From positions 2,304,001-2,368,000 of the forward strand of contig CBDFJR010000005.1 of NCBI GenBank assembly GCA_965248535.1: DNA of 64,000 nt, read 5' to 3'. This DNA comes from Phormidesmis sp. (GTDB lineage: Bacteria > Cyanobacteriota > Cyanobacteriia > Leptolyngbyales > Leptolyngbyaceae). The position numbers were made by a program, and so were the translations under genes. This document shows positions 30,693-40,832 of this stretch, one piece after another (the first letter of the stretch is position 1; the number at the start of each line of letters is the position of its first letter). Under the pieces are notes generated by a model, which saw only the letters and a program-made list of their open reading frames with translations, was not told where the DNA came from and made no database searches.

Positions 30693-31211
30693 TCACACGA
30701 ATTCAACCTTGAGATAAACCAGATGATTTTGACCGAGTTGCACCTCGTCGCCTTGATTGAGGCGATAAGAGGCACCTGGAGTCAATAACTTGCCGTTGAG
30801 ATAACATCCGTTGCGGCTTGTATCGACCAACATATAAGCCGTTTGAGCCTGATCCCAGTAAACGCGAGCATGAGCGCGGGAAACGACAGATTCATTGGGA
30901 ATTCCGGTTAAATCGACATCGGGGGCGGCGCTTCCTCCACCTCGCCCGATCGTAGCGGTTTCCCCAGAGACATAAAACTCTCTGCCGCCCACGAGGGAAA
31001 ATTTCAGCTTCGATCGAAGGGTGTTTTCTCTAACAGGCGACGAGACTGGAGGGGCAGGAATGGGTGTAGGAGGAATGGGTGTAGGAGTGGGTGCAGGGGG
31101 TGGCGGCTCTACTACGGCTCCTAAAACAGTTCCGCACATCGGGCAGACCTTAGCATTGTTGGGCAAGGTTCGATTAAAAAAGGCACAGCTTGGCTCAGGA
31201 CAACGATTCAT
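30693..31211 (-). CDS. Zinc-ribbon + FHA domain protein
   Basis: CPEPSC...CPMCG, Pro-rich linker, IGR...VSRAHA...SRNG. Confidence 0.9.
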   Translation of the reverse strand: MNRCPEPSCAFFNRTLPNNAKVCPMCGTVLGAVVEPPPPAPTPTPIPPTPIPAPPVSSPVRENTLRSKLKFSLVGGREFYVSGETATIGRGGGSAAPDVDLTGIPNESVVSRAHARVYWDQAQTAYMLVDTSRNGCYLNGKLLTPGASYRLNQGDEVQLGQNHLVYLKVEFV

Positions 31212-31249
31212 TGCGTTTCACCTCAGCGGTTTAGCCAAGGACTAAACCC

Positions 31250-33346
31250 TTAATGGACATCGGGAGACTGGTAGTCAGAAGGAATGGGCTGCAACGGCAC
31301 TAGCCCAGCCTGTTGAAGGAGATATTGCCCTTCCTGAGTCTTGAGCAAGGCAGCAAACCTGGGAGCGGATTTGTTTCCTGGTAGGCTGTTGTTTTTAGGA
31401 TAAGCCACAATCACCGGAGAAACCAAGGGATAGGCACCCGAAACAAATGCTTTGACATAGGGAAGAGGCTTTTTGGCAAGACACAAATCATCGGTGGGTT
31501 TGACCTCAACCAGTTTTCCCTCAGTCGTTTCTCGTAAGCGTGCCTGCACCGGAGCCGCTTGCCCAACCACTAGCGCCAGTGGATAAACTTTACATTGCTC
31601 CCAAGTTTGTACTAACGTTCCAAACCCGATCGTGGCTACTTCGGTTTGCTCACCGGGCGGAATCGCTCGAATGGTGTCTAGGGTCGATCGCTGCGGCACT
31701 TGCTGAAGTTGAGCAATCAGCGCTGGGTCGTCGTGTAAGACTCTATGCTGAAAGAGTTTTAGGGCTTCTGGCTCTGGCGGTCGGTAGGGCTGAATCGCTA
31801 AATCTGGCAGACGAGGATTGATGTCTCGCCAGCGAGTTACTTTACCCGTAAAGATTTTTTGCAGATCTTCTAGGCTAATTTTTCCTTCTAGGATAGCGGG
31901 AAAGTTTTGGGCTTTGTTGGCTGAGACAAACACGAGTAGCCCATCATAGGCCACGATCGCCCGATCGAGGGCTTCGGGTAATGGCTCATCAAGACTCATG
32001 AGGGCAAAGTTTGCCCGGTTGTTAATCACCGTTTGCAGCGGCAGCGATGAGGCGGTGTAGTTAAATTTGGCGGCAATCTCCTTTCGAGGCTGCGTGAGCA
32101 GATCATTGACTGAAGATTGGGTGAGTGGTCTTTTGGTTAAAACGGCGTTCCAAGTACCAATAGATTCACTGGTGTAGGGATAGGCTCCTGGCGTGATGCC
32201 GTTGACATCTGCAAAAGTCGGAATTAGCTGCTTAAAGGCAGTCGCATCACCAACATCCAACGAAGCTGGATTGAGCCGAGTCAGCCAGAAGAATCCACCG
32301 AGTAGGAGCAGCAGTAAAAATCCGAGTAGCCAAAGCAATCGTCGTCGTCGTTTTCTCAGCAGCGGCTTTTCTTGACTGCGCTGGGATGAATTTGTAGCCG
32401 CCTCAAACTCAGGCAGTCGTAGTAAAGTTTGGCGAGCAATCTCAGCGCTCGCAAACGGTGTTTCTAGCCCCATCAGTCGGCAGAGAAATTCTTTTAACTG
32501 AGGGTCGGCGGGCGACCAGTTTTGTCCATCGCGGGGATCAAGGGAATTTTCAGACACCGGATCGATCGCTCGTCCTGCCCACGCATAGAAGCCGACATAG
32601 CCCAGAGCTATTAAATCTTGAGCAGGATCGGGAGCCGGAAACGTGATCAGAGGGGGCGCAAAAGGATGCTCCCACATGGCGAGATCACAAACATAGATAT
32701 AAAAGCCTTCTGCAACCTGGATGCTTTCTAGGTTTAGATTGCCGTGAACGAGATTTGATCGGGCTGATCGCCGAAACGTTTGGCTATGGAGAAACTGCAA
32801 GGTTTGGAGCACTTGGCTGAGTAGCGATCGTACTTGGGTTGCAGACATTGCCCCGTTTTGGTTTAAGGTCTGTGCTAACGTCGGCGCGATCGCAAGTTTC
32901 CCCAGACTGACGAGATAGCAGCGATCGCTTTGCTGATCGGCAATGGTTTCCCACGGCGCAATCAAGCGAAAATCTTGCCCTTGGGTTTCGTCCCAACTTG
33001 CCGCTCCCACCTGCATAAAGATGGCTTTGCGCTGCTGAATTTCTTGGGCATTAAACGCCCGATTTGGCAACAAATATTCTTTAATCACCACTGGTTTGCC
33101 GTCGCTGACCCGGCTGCCTTTATAGAGTCGCCCCATGCCTTGCGATCGCACAAACCCCACAACTCGATAAGTGCCGCGATCGCCCCGAATTTCTGCCTGC
33201 TCTGGCAGCGTCGCCGGAAATCCACATTCCAAACAAAACTTTGCATCGGGAAACTGTTGAGCGGTTTTTTGCGGCTGATCACATCGCAGAGGAGCATTCT
33301 GCATACAGCGATCGTAGGTTGAAGCAAACGGGTCAACGGCAGTCAT
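31250..33346 (-). CDS. Kinase-like domain - TM - PstS-like periplasmic binding domain protein
   Basis: VVIKEY, HGNL, CDLA, TM LLWLLGFLLLLLLGGFFWL, VAYDGLLVFV...LQKIFTGKVTRW...YPL. Confidence 0.85.
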   Translation of the reverse strand: MTAVDPFASTYDRCMQNAPLRCDQPQKTAQQFPDAKFCLECGFPATLPEQAEIRGDRGTYRVVGFVRSQGMGRLYKGSRVSDGKPVVIKEYLLPNRAFNAQEIQQRKAIFMQVGAASWDETQGQDFRLIAPWETIADQQSDRCYLVSLGKLAIAPTLAQTLNQNGAMSATQVRSLLSQVLQTLQFLHSQTFRRSARSNLVHGNLNLESIQVAEGFYIYVCDLAMWEHPFAPPLITFPAPDPAQDLIALGYVGFYAWAGRAIDPVSENSLDPRDGQNWSPADPQLKEFLCRLMGLETPFASAEIARQTLLRLPEFEAATNSSQRSQEKPLLRKRRRRLLWLLGFLLLLLLGGFFWLTRLNPASLDVGDATAFKQLIPTFADVNGITPGAYPYTSESIGTWNAVLTKRPLTQSSVNDLLTQPRKEIAAKFNYTASSLPLQTVINNRANFALMSLDEPLPEALDRAIVAYDGLLVFVSANKAQNFPAILEGKISLEDLQKIFTGKVTRWRDINPRLPDLAIQPYRPPEPEALKLFQHRVLHDDPALIAQLQQVPQRSTLDTIRAIPPGEQTEVATIGFGTLVQTWEQCKVYPLALVVGQAAPVQARLRETTEGKLVEVKPTDDLCLAKKPLPYVKAFVSGAYPLVSPVIVAYPKNNSLPGNKSAPRFAALLKTQEGQYLLQQAGLVPLQPIPSDYQSPDVH

Positions 33347-33397
33347 AACGATTCGCTACTATTAGAGAGGACAAAAGAATTCAGCACATCGCCAGGA

Positions 33398-34087
33398 TTA
33401 AAGTTGGATCAATCCTCGCTTCATCGCTTCTACGATCGCTTGCGTCCGGTTTGTGACTTCTAACTTCTGGAAAATGGTTGTGAGATAGGCTTTGACCGTT
33501 GCGATCGAGACATACATTTGCTGGGCAATTTTCTCGTTTGACTCGCCCCGCAGCAGCCAAAGCAGCACTTCTACTTCCCGATGCGAAAGCAACCCATCCG
33601 CTTCTGAGTGATGAGACAGGTGGACTTGCACCGCTTGAAACTGTCTAAAAAAACTGGTCGCAGCTTCGGGAGGGAGATAAACGTCGCCTCGTAGGACGGT
33701 GGCGATCGCGTCCCAAAGCTGTTGAGCGACCTGAGACTTAAACAGATAGCCTGCTGCCCCCGCTTGCATAGCTTGATAGATCCAGTCGTCTTCTTGGTGC
33801 GCTGAGATGACAAGCGTTTTCACGGCTATCTCGCGCTCCCGAAGCTGCCGCAGCACGGATAATCCATCTCCTTTGACAAACTCCATGTCTAGCAGGATCA
33901 GATCTGGCTGTCGCTGCATCGTTAGGGTGAGGGCGGTTTCGATGCTGCTGGCTTCTCCGATCACTGTGAAGCCTTCGCCTTGATCTTGATGAAACTCTAG
34001 CAGCGATCGCAGCCCCGATCGAAAGCGTTGATTATCATCGACGAGCAAAATCGAGAGCGGTTTAGTTGAGCTAGGTCGAGTTAGCAT
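33398..34087 (-). CDS. NarL/LuxR-family response regulator
   Basis: REC domain + LSHREVEVL...SIATVKAYLTTIFQKL. Confidence 0.93.
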   Translation of the reverse strand: MLTRPSSTKPLSILLVDDNQRFRSGLRSLLEFHQDQGEGFTVIGEASSIETALTLTMQRQPDLILLDMEFVKGDGLSVLRQLREREIAVKTLVISAHQEDDWIYQAMQAGAAGYLFKSQVAQQLWDAIATVLRGDVYLPPEAATSFFRQFQAVQVHLSHHSEADGLLSHREVEVLLWLLRGESNEKIAQQMYVSIATVKAYLTTIFQKLEVTNRTQAIVEAMKRGLIQL

Positions 34088-35328
34088 GAGTCACCCTCTG
34101 CTAGGCGGCTCCGGGAAGAGCGCGGTAGAATCAGCGAAAATTCTGCGCCTTGGGTGGGCAAATTCTTTGCCCACAGATTGCCGCGATGATCTCGCACGAC
34201 TTTTTGAGCGATCGCCAACCCTAACCCGGTTCCCTGCGGACGACGGGAATAAAAGGGTGTGAACAAATGACGTAAGTCTTCAGGTGAGAGTCCTGAGCCT
34301 TGGTCGGCGATCGTAATCAGAACTTCGCTATGAAACACTTGCCAGTTGAAGGTAATGGTTCCTGCGATCGGGCTAAAGTGAATCGCATTGTTGAGCAAGT
34401 TATCAAAAACCTGTTTGATCTGTAAGCGATCGAGAGAAAGCAGAATCGAGGTTTGAGGATAAATCACCCGCAGTTGTTTCTCGTGAATCCAGGCTTGTAA
34501 GCCTTGAATACTTTCGACAACGATGTGGCGTAGCTCTTGGGGCGTGACTCGTAGCGCTTCACTGCTGCTGCAATAGATTAGTTCTGTGAGATTTCTATCC
34601 AGATCTTGAGTGGTTTCACGAATGATCGAGGCCTGTTCGTATAACTGTCCTTTGACTAGTCTACAGCATAGATTCTCTGCGTATAGGTTGAGTAAACCCA
34701 AAGGTTGGCGAACTTGATGACCGACGCGTTGAACAATTTGCTCTAAGGTCTTAATTTGCTGTTGTTGTCGTGAATTAATTAAATGCTGTTCTAAATACTC
34801 GTTGAGTATTGTTGCGGTTTGACGAATCAGTTGCTTTGTGGTTGAAGATAGAGTTGCTTCAGCAACTACTAAAAGATACCAGCATTGTTGCTGTTGATAA
34901 CTATAAGGACAAACATATAAGACTGTCTCTAAGAAATTGTCGAGTAGGATTTGACTGACTGTAAACGCTAGAGGAAACTCTGTGAGCCACGTTTCTGATT
35001 GTATAAGCTGGATGAGGTCTGGAGCTAAGGGTTGCAAATCTCTTGAAGCTTGAATCCTTTGGCGATGGGGTGCAGAACTAGGATCAGCGTAAGTCATCTG
35101 AACAAAGGCGATCGAGGATTGAGCGATTAGTTGGTTCACTTGCAGTTGGCAGAAACGATCGAGACCGGAACCCTCGATCGGGGCAACAGTTGCGAGCGGT
35201 TGCGGAACTAACCGTTGGGTGTGCTGAAGTTTTGAAGCAGCGAGTTGAACCTCCATCAATCCCTCCGAATTTGAGAAGTCTGACCAATTGCGCGATCGCT
35301 GGAGATAGTTTGAGCAGTCTCTCAACAA
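34081..35328 (-). CDS. Cytoplasmic sensor histidine kinase
   Basis: GHQVRQPL H-box, NAIHFS, DQGSG, GTGLGLAI; the start may lie downstream of 35328. Confidence 0.9.
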   Translation of the reverse strand: MLRDCSNYLQRSRNWSDFSNSEGLMEVQLAASKLQHTQRLVPQPLATVAPIEGSGLDRFCQLQVNQLIAQSSIAFVQMTYADPSSAPHRQRIQASRDLQPLAPDLIQLIQSETWLTEFPLAFTVSQILLDNFLETVLYVCPYSYQQQQCWYLLVVAEATLSSTTKQLIRQTATILNEYLEQHLINSRQQQQIKTLEQIVQRVGHQVRQPLGLLNLYAENLCCRLVKGQLYEQASIIRETTQDLDRNLTELIYCSSSEALRVTPQELRHIVVESIQGLQAWIHEKQLRVIYPQTSILLSLDRLQIKQVFDNLLNNAIHFSPIAGTITFNWQVFHSEVLITIADQGSGLSPEDLRHLFTPFYSRRPQGTGLGLAIAQKVVRDHRGNLWAKNLPTQGAEFSLILPRSSRSRLAEGDSC

Positions 35329-35469
35329 CCGTTGCTAAATCAGAAATGGGTAGCGATCGCTTGATTAGCACTTGGTTAGCAATAGATGCCAGCATCTTTA
35401 ACTGATGCAGTTTTTTGGCTTAGAGATCGCCGCCGAACTTCACCTACGATCGGTCTTGCATCAACTGAT

Positions 35470-35671
35470 GCATTTTCGATATCGGCAGATTTATTTGCAG
35501 GATTTAGAGGTGCATTTTCAATATCGGCGTATCTATTTGTAGAATTTGCATGAACGTTTTCTATAGTGGGGTATCCGTTTGTAGAATTTGCATGGGCATT
35601 TTCTATATCAGCAGATTTATTTGCAGGATTTAGAGGTGCATTTTCGATATCGGCATATCCGTTTGCTGATC
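35470..35671. repeat. Degenerate 42-bp tandem array (about 5 units)
   Basis: Units start at 35470, 35512, 35554, 35596 and 35638, e.g. GCATTTTCGATATCGGCAGATTTATTTGCAGGATTTAGAGGT. Confidence 0.85.
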
Positions 35672-35814
35672 TTTTACGTATGTAAGGACAACTCTATAGA
35701 AACTATACAAAAACTTTAAATTCAAACCGAATAAATCAATAGAACTACGAATCTCAGCGAGAGCAATCTGAAATTAGCTTAGAGCAAACTCAGATTGTTG
35801 GAACAAAATCACTC

Positions 35815-36234
35815 ATGGGATTAAAAACTCGCGGTTCTGCTCAACTTGACAAAGCACAGCGGCGGATTGCGCTAATCAAGTCGATCGAAGAAACCTTGGA
35901 TCTGGGCTATGGTTTGACGGTTTCAAACTATACGACGCTGATCGAAAAGGCTCGTGCTGCCCTAGAAGCTTACAACACCTTGCTGCCGCAGTTGGGTGAA
36001 GCGAGGCAAAAACTGGAGCAGTTGGAAAAAGAACTGGGGGAAACCTCAGCGCGGATGTTGAGCGGAGTGGCGATGAAGTATGGAAAATCGAGCATCGAAT
36101 ACACCAAGGCGGGTGGCTCAAATCGAAAGAAGTCAAAAAGCTCAAGTCCAGTCTCGATCGCGGCAGTCCCAGCGCTGACGGTTGAAACGAACGGCGCGAA
36201 GAATGGCAATGGTAAAGCGATCGCAGTGAATTAA
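35815..36234 (+). CDS. Helical/coiled-coil hypothetical protein with basic tail
   Basis: LDLGYGLT...RMLSGVAMKYGKSSIEYTKAGG motif, recognised as a recurring cyanobacterial hypothetical family. Confidence 0.8.
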   Translation: MGLKTRGSAQLDKAQRRIALIKSIEETLDLGYGLTVSNYTTLIEKARAALEAYNTLLPQLGEARQKLEQLEKELGETSARMLSGVAMKYGKSSIEYTKAGGSNRKKSKSSSPVSIAAVPALTVETNGAKNGNGKAIAVN

Positions 36235-36389
36235 TCGGGTCACGACTTGCAACTGGTTGAGAGACATGAGGTTATCTTGTGTCTCTTTTAGTTTGATTTT
36301 GGGGCGCTAAAATAAAAACTTGAGAGACATCCGGAAACGAGAGCAGATCCGTAGTTTCTCTTAGAAGCGGCATTAAAGGAGAGCGTCTG

Positions 36390-36728
36390 ATGTCAGAGAT
36401 TAGAATCACGATCGAAGGAAAGGGCGCGATCGCTGCGGCGGAAGCGCTGGTGACGTTGCCGGGGGTTTCGGGGAGTTGGGCAACCTCAGATGAGGTGAAA
36501 CGAGATGGAGCGCTAGAAGTGATTGCGACGATCGTGGGATTGGTCAGCGGGGGATTGGGCGCAGCAGAGCAGATTCGCAAGTGGTATGAGGAATATCACG
36601 GATCGGAAACGAACAAGATTGAAAATGTAGTGATCATTACCCCGAAGGAACGGATCGCGATCGAGGATGCAACGCCCGAACAAATTGTCAAGCTGCTGAA
36701 AGGGATTACAAAAGATTCACCCAAATGA
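36390..36728 (+). CDS. Small EACC1-like (protease co-occurring) protein
   Basis: AAGGAG RBS; 112 aa; central Gly-rich hydrophobic hairpin GALEVIATIVGLVSGGLGAA; ATGA overlap with the CHAT gene. Confidence 0.6.
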   Translation: MSEIRITIEGKGAIAAAEALVTLPGVSGSWATSDEVKRDGALEVIATIVGLVSGGLGAAEQIRKWYEEYHGSETNKIENVVIITPKERIAIEDATPEQIVKLLKGITKDSPK

Positions 36729-39700
36729 AAACGCTTCAAATCAGCCTCACCCTAATCGATGAGCAATACGCGAGATTAACCGCCCAGCACGAGCAATCGC
36801 GGCTCATCTCTGAAAGACCGATCGCGTTAGAAAGCATTCAAACCTTGATTAAGAAGTCGAAAACCGACTTTTACAATGCTGATCCGAACCCGATCGAGGT
36901 CGGAAAACAGCTTTATTTTTGGCTGGATGGTGAGGCGCGGTGGCTCAGTCAAGCGCTGGATCAGACGCGGGAGGGGTTGGTTTTGGCGATCGAAACCGTC
37001 GAACGATTGGCGCATTTGCCTTGGGAAACGTTGCACGATCGTGCTGGGTTTCTGGTGATGCGATCGAATCCGATCGTGATTGTGCGGCAGGTCGAGGGCG
37101 TGGTGAACCAGCGGGAACTGCCCGAACGATCGCTTCAGGTGATGTTTATGGCGACCGATCCTGAAGCGCCAGGAGAAACAAAGCTGGAGTTTGAGCGGGA
37201 AGAGTCAGATATTTTGGATGCAACGCGGCGGTTGCCGATGGTGCTGCGGGTCGAGGAGAGTGGCTCGATCGAGGGATTGAAAGACATTTGGCAGCGCTAT
37301 CACGGGACGCTAGATGTATTGCATTTGTCGGGTCATGCAACTATTCGGGAGGTGAAAGGGGAGAATGGCCAGATCACCTATCAGCCATACTTTGTGACGG
37401 AGACGCTAACGGGTGATCGAGACGAAGCTACAGCAGACGCGATCGCGCAAGTGTTGCGATTTCGGGAGCCGCGACTGGTGTTTTTGTCGGGCTGTCGGAC
37501 GGGAGAAGCAGGCGGACACGGGGCGGCTCCTTCGTTTGCAGAGCAGTTGGTGAACCAAGGGGTGCCTGCGGTGTTGGGGTGGGGTCGATCGGTGGGCGAT
37601 CGTGTGGCAATTGTCGCGGCGGCGGCGCTCTATGAGAAATTGGCGACGGGATACACACTGGTTCAGGCGTTGGCGTTGACCTATCGAGCGGTGTCACAGA
37701 ATCAGGGGCTTTCGATGCGGGAGCGCAGTCAGTGGCAGTTGTTACGGCTGTATGCAGTGCGATCGCCAGAAGCTTGGGGGGCGTTTGTGCTGACATCGGG
37801 GGATCACGTCGTTGCGCCACGTCTGGAGTTTGATGATCTGTTTCTGGGAGCAGAAGGGGGGCCACGGGTCGCAAGTGCAGCAGAATTTGTCGGGCGGCGG
37901 CGGAATTTGCAGCGGTGTTTGAGGGCGCTGAAGCAGCAGCAGGGGATAGTGCTGCATGGGTTGGGTGGGGTAGGCAAGAGCACGATCGCGAAACGATTGC
38001 TGGAACGGTTGGTCGGATATACGCCGCTGGTGATTTATCGCGATTTGACCGAGGTGAGGCTGTTGGATGCGCTGCTGCGGCAGTGTGAGTCGGAGATAGG
38101 CGTTGAGATTCTCAATGGCAAATTGGGGCTGGCGCAGAAGTTGAGTAAGTTTTTTAAGCAGGGATTGAATGAGCCGAACCAGCGATTTGCGATCGTCTTA
38201 GATGATTTTGAGGCGAATTTAGAGGATCGCGGCGATGGATTGCGGGTGATGACTTCGGAAGTGGTTCCGGTGTTGCAGGGTTTGTTGGAGGGGATGACGT
38301 TATCGAAGTTGCCGCATCGGGCGATCGTGACGAGTCGATATGATTTTGGCATGGGGATGCGCGATAACCTGCATCGTGAGCCGCTGGCGGGGTTGCGCGA
38401 TGGAGATTTGAAGAAGAAGTGCGATCGCTTAGAGGCGTTTCAACCTGGGGAGATTGCGCCGGAGCTACGGAAAAAAGCGATCGCGCTCTCAGATGGAAAT
38501 CCGCGCTTGTTGGAGTGGTTGAATTTGGTGCTGCGCGATCGCGAGACGGATCAGATCAAGATTTTGGCGGCGATGGAGGGGAAGCGATCGGAGTTTCGGA
38601 CGCAGATTTTGGCGGAGGAGTTGCTGAGGCAGCAGCCAGAAGCATTGGTCGAGATGTTGGGGCGGGGGATGGTGTTTGAGATTCCGGTGCCGCGTGAGGT
38701 GTTTGGGTCGGTGTGTGAGGCTGAGGCGCAATGGATAGAGAGAGCGATCGCGCTGGGGTTGCTGGAGGTGGTGCCAGATGGAGCGGTGCGGGTTCCTCGG
38801 ATTTTGATGGTGCAGGGGTTGGCAGGGGAAGCGCTGGCGGGGGATGCGGCGCGGCAGTTGTATCGGGTTTGGTGGGAAGCGGCGAGGGGAACGGAGGAAC
38901 AGGTTTTAGAGGTGCATCGATTGGGGTTGATTGGGGGAGAAGGCACGATCGCGGCGGAGATTGCCGATCAAGTTGCAAGTCGATGGAAGAATCAAAGCCG
39001 ATTTCGTGAAGCGGTTCAGCTTTGTCGATCGACGCTAGAAGTAGCCGAAGACTTTCGCGTGCGTCATCAACTTGCACGAGTCGAAGAGCCATTGGGAGAA
39101 ACAAGTTCTGCGCTTCAAAATTACCAAAAAGCTCTAGAAGACTGTCCAGACGTAGACGATGAAGATGTTTTGCGTGAGAAAGCCACAATTATTCACAATA
39201 TGGCAATCATCTACGCCAATCAAGGACAAGTCGAGAGCGCGATCGACCTCTATCAACAATCGCTGCAACTCTTTGAGCAAATCGCAGCAATGTATGGCAA
39301 TCATCTAGGGAAAATCGCAGCAACCTTGCAATGTGAAGGGAAAAGCAGCAACCTTGCAATGGCAATCATCTACGCCAATCAAGGACAAGTCGAGAGCGCG
39401 ATCGACCTCTATCAACAATCGCTGCAAATCAAAGAGCAAATCGGCGATGTGCAGGGAAAAGCAGCAACCTTGCACCAAATGGCAGGCATCTACGCCAATC
39501 AAGGACAAGTCGAGAGCGCGATCGACCTCTATCAACAATCGCTGCAACTCAAAGAGCAAATCGGCAATGTGCAGGGAAAAGCAGCAACCTTGCACCAAAT
39601 GGCAGGCATCTACGCCAATCAAGGACAAGTCGAGAGCGCGATCGACCTCTATCAACAATCCCTGCAACTCAAAGAGCAAATCGGCGATGTGCAGGGAAAA

Positions 39701-40715
39701 GCAGCAACCTTGCACTGTATGGCAATCATCTACGCCAATCAAGGACAAGTCGAGAGCGCGATCGACCTCTATCAACAATCGCTGCAACTCCAAGAGCAAA
39801 TCGGCAATGTGCAGGGAAAAGCAGCAACCTTGCAATGGCAACATCTACGCCAATCAAGGACAAGTCGAGAGCGCGATCGACCTCTATCAACAATCGCTGC
39901 AACTCAAAGAGCAAATCGGCAATGTGCAGGGAAAAGCAGCAACCTTGCACCAAATGGCAGGCATCTACGCCAATCAAGGACAAGTCGAGAGCGCGATCGA
40001 CCTCTATCAACAATCGCTGCAACTCAAAGAGCAAATCGGCAATGTGCAGGGAAAAGCAGCAACCTTGCACTGTATGGCAAACATCTACGCCAATCAAGGA
40101 CAAGTCGAGAGCGCGATCGACCTCTATCAACAATCGCTGCAACTCGAAGAGCAAATCGGCAATGTGAAGGGAAAAGCAGCAACCTTGCACTGTATGGCAA
40201 TCATCTACGCCAATCAAGGACAAGTCGAGAGCGCGATCGACCTCTATCAACAATCGCTGCAACTCAAAGAGCAAATCGGCAATGTGCAGGGAAAAGCAGC
40301 AACCTTGCACTGTATGGCAATCATCTACGCCAATCAAGGACAAGTCGAGAGCGCGATCGACCTCTATCAACAATCGCTGCAACTCAAAGAGCAAATCGGC
40401 AATGTGCAGGGAAAAGCAGCAACCTTGCACCAAATGGCAGGCATCTACGCCAATCAAGGACAAGTCGAGAGCGCGATCGACCTCTATCAACAATCGCTGC
40501 AACTCGAAGAGCAAATCGGCGATGTGCAGGGAAAAGCAGCAACCTTAGCCATGATGTCGCAGTTGCTGATTGCGCGAGGAGAGTTTGAAACGGCGATCAC
40601 CAATCTGCGAGAATCGATCAACATTCTTCAGCGCATTGGTTCACCCGATGCCGCAACGGTTATCAACATTTTGAATCATGCCATTGAGTTACAGAACGAA
40701 GAAGCGCAAGATTAG
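36725..40715 (+). CDS. CHAT (caspase-like) protease - STAND/NB-ARC-type ATPase - TPR protein; reading frame broken at about 39835 within the repeats
   Basis: HLSGH and LSGC catalytic dyad, FVGR, GLGGVGKS Walker A, IVLDDFE Walker B, IVTSR, GNPRLL; TPRs continue in the second frame to the stop at 40715. Confidence 0.88.
39200..40550 (+). repeat. Eleven near-identical 120-bp TPR-coding repeats
   Basis: TACGCCAATCAAGGACAAG at 39212, 39371, 39491, 39611, 39731, 39846, 39966, 40086, 40206, 40326 and 40446. Confidence 0.95.
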
Positions 40716-40725
40716 AATTTTAGAG

Positions 40726-40832
40726 TAGACCTCCTGCACGAATCCGGGAACGCCCCTAAATCCCCCATGAATGAGGGACTTTGAACTTAGAAACTTGACT
40801 CAAAGTCCCCCAGAATGGGGGATTTAGGGGGC
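40726..40832. repeat. Cyanobacterial dispersed palindromic repeat (TAGACCTCCTGCACGAAT end; CCCCTAAATCCCCC...GGGGGATTTAGGGG)
   Basis: Related ends at 7707-7722, 13232-13248 and 30285-30301; related cores near 7640 and 56640. Confidence 0.75.

Noticed and set aside
35470..35671. CRISPR array
   Set aside because: Units are contiguous and degenerate with no unique spacers; no cas genes
39305..40548. Alternative-frame and antisense ORFs over the TPR array
   Set aside because: These are by-products of a stop-free tandem repeat; only the TPR frame is meaningful
39200..40550. CRISPR array or DGR template/variable repeats
   Set aside because: The repeats are contiguous 120-bp coding units with no spacers; there is no cas or reverse transcriptase gene, and the variation is not adenine-specific
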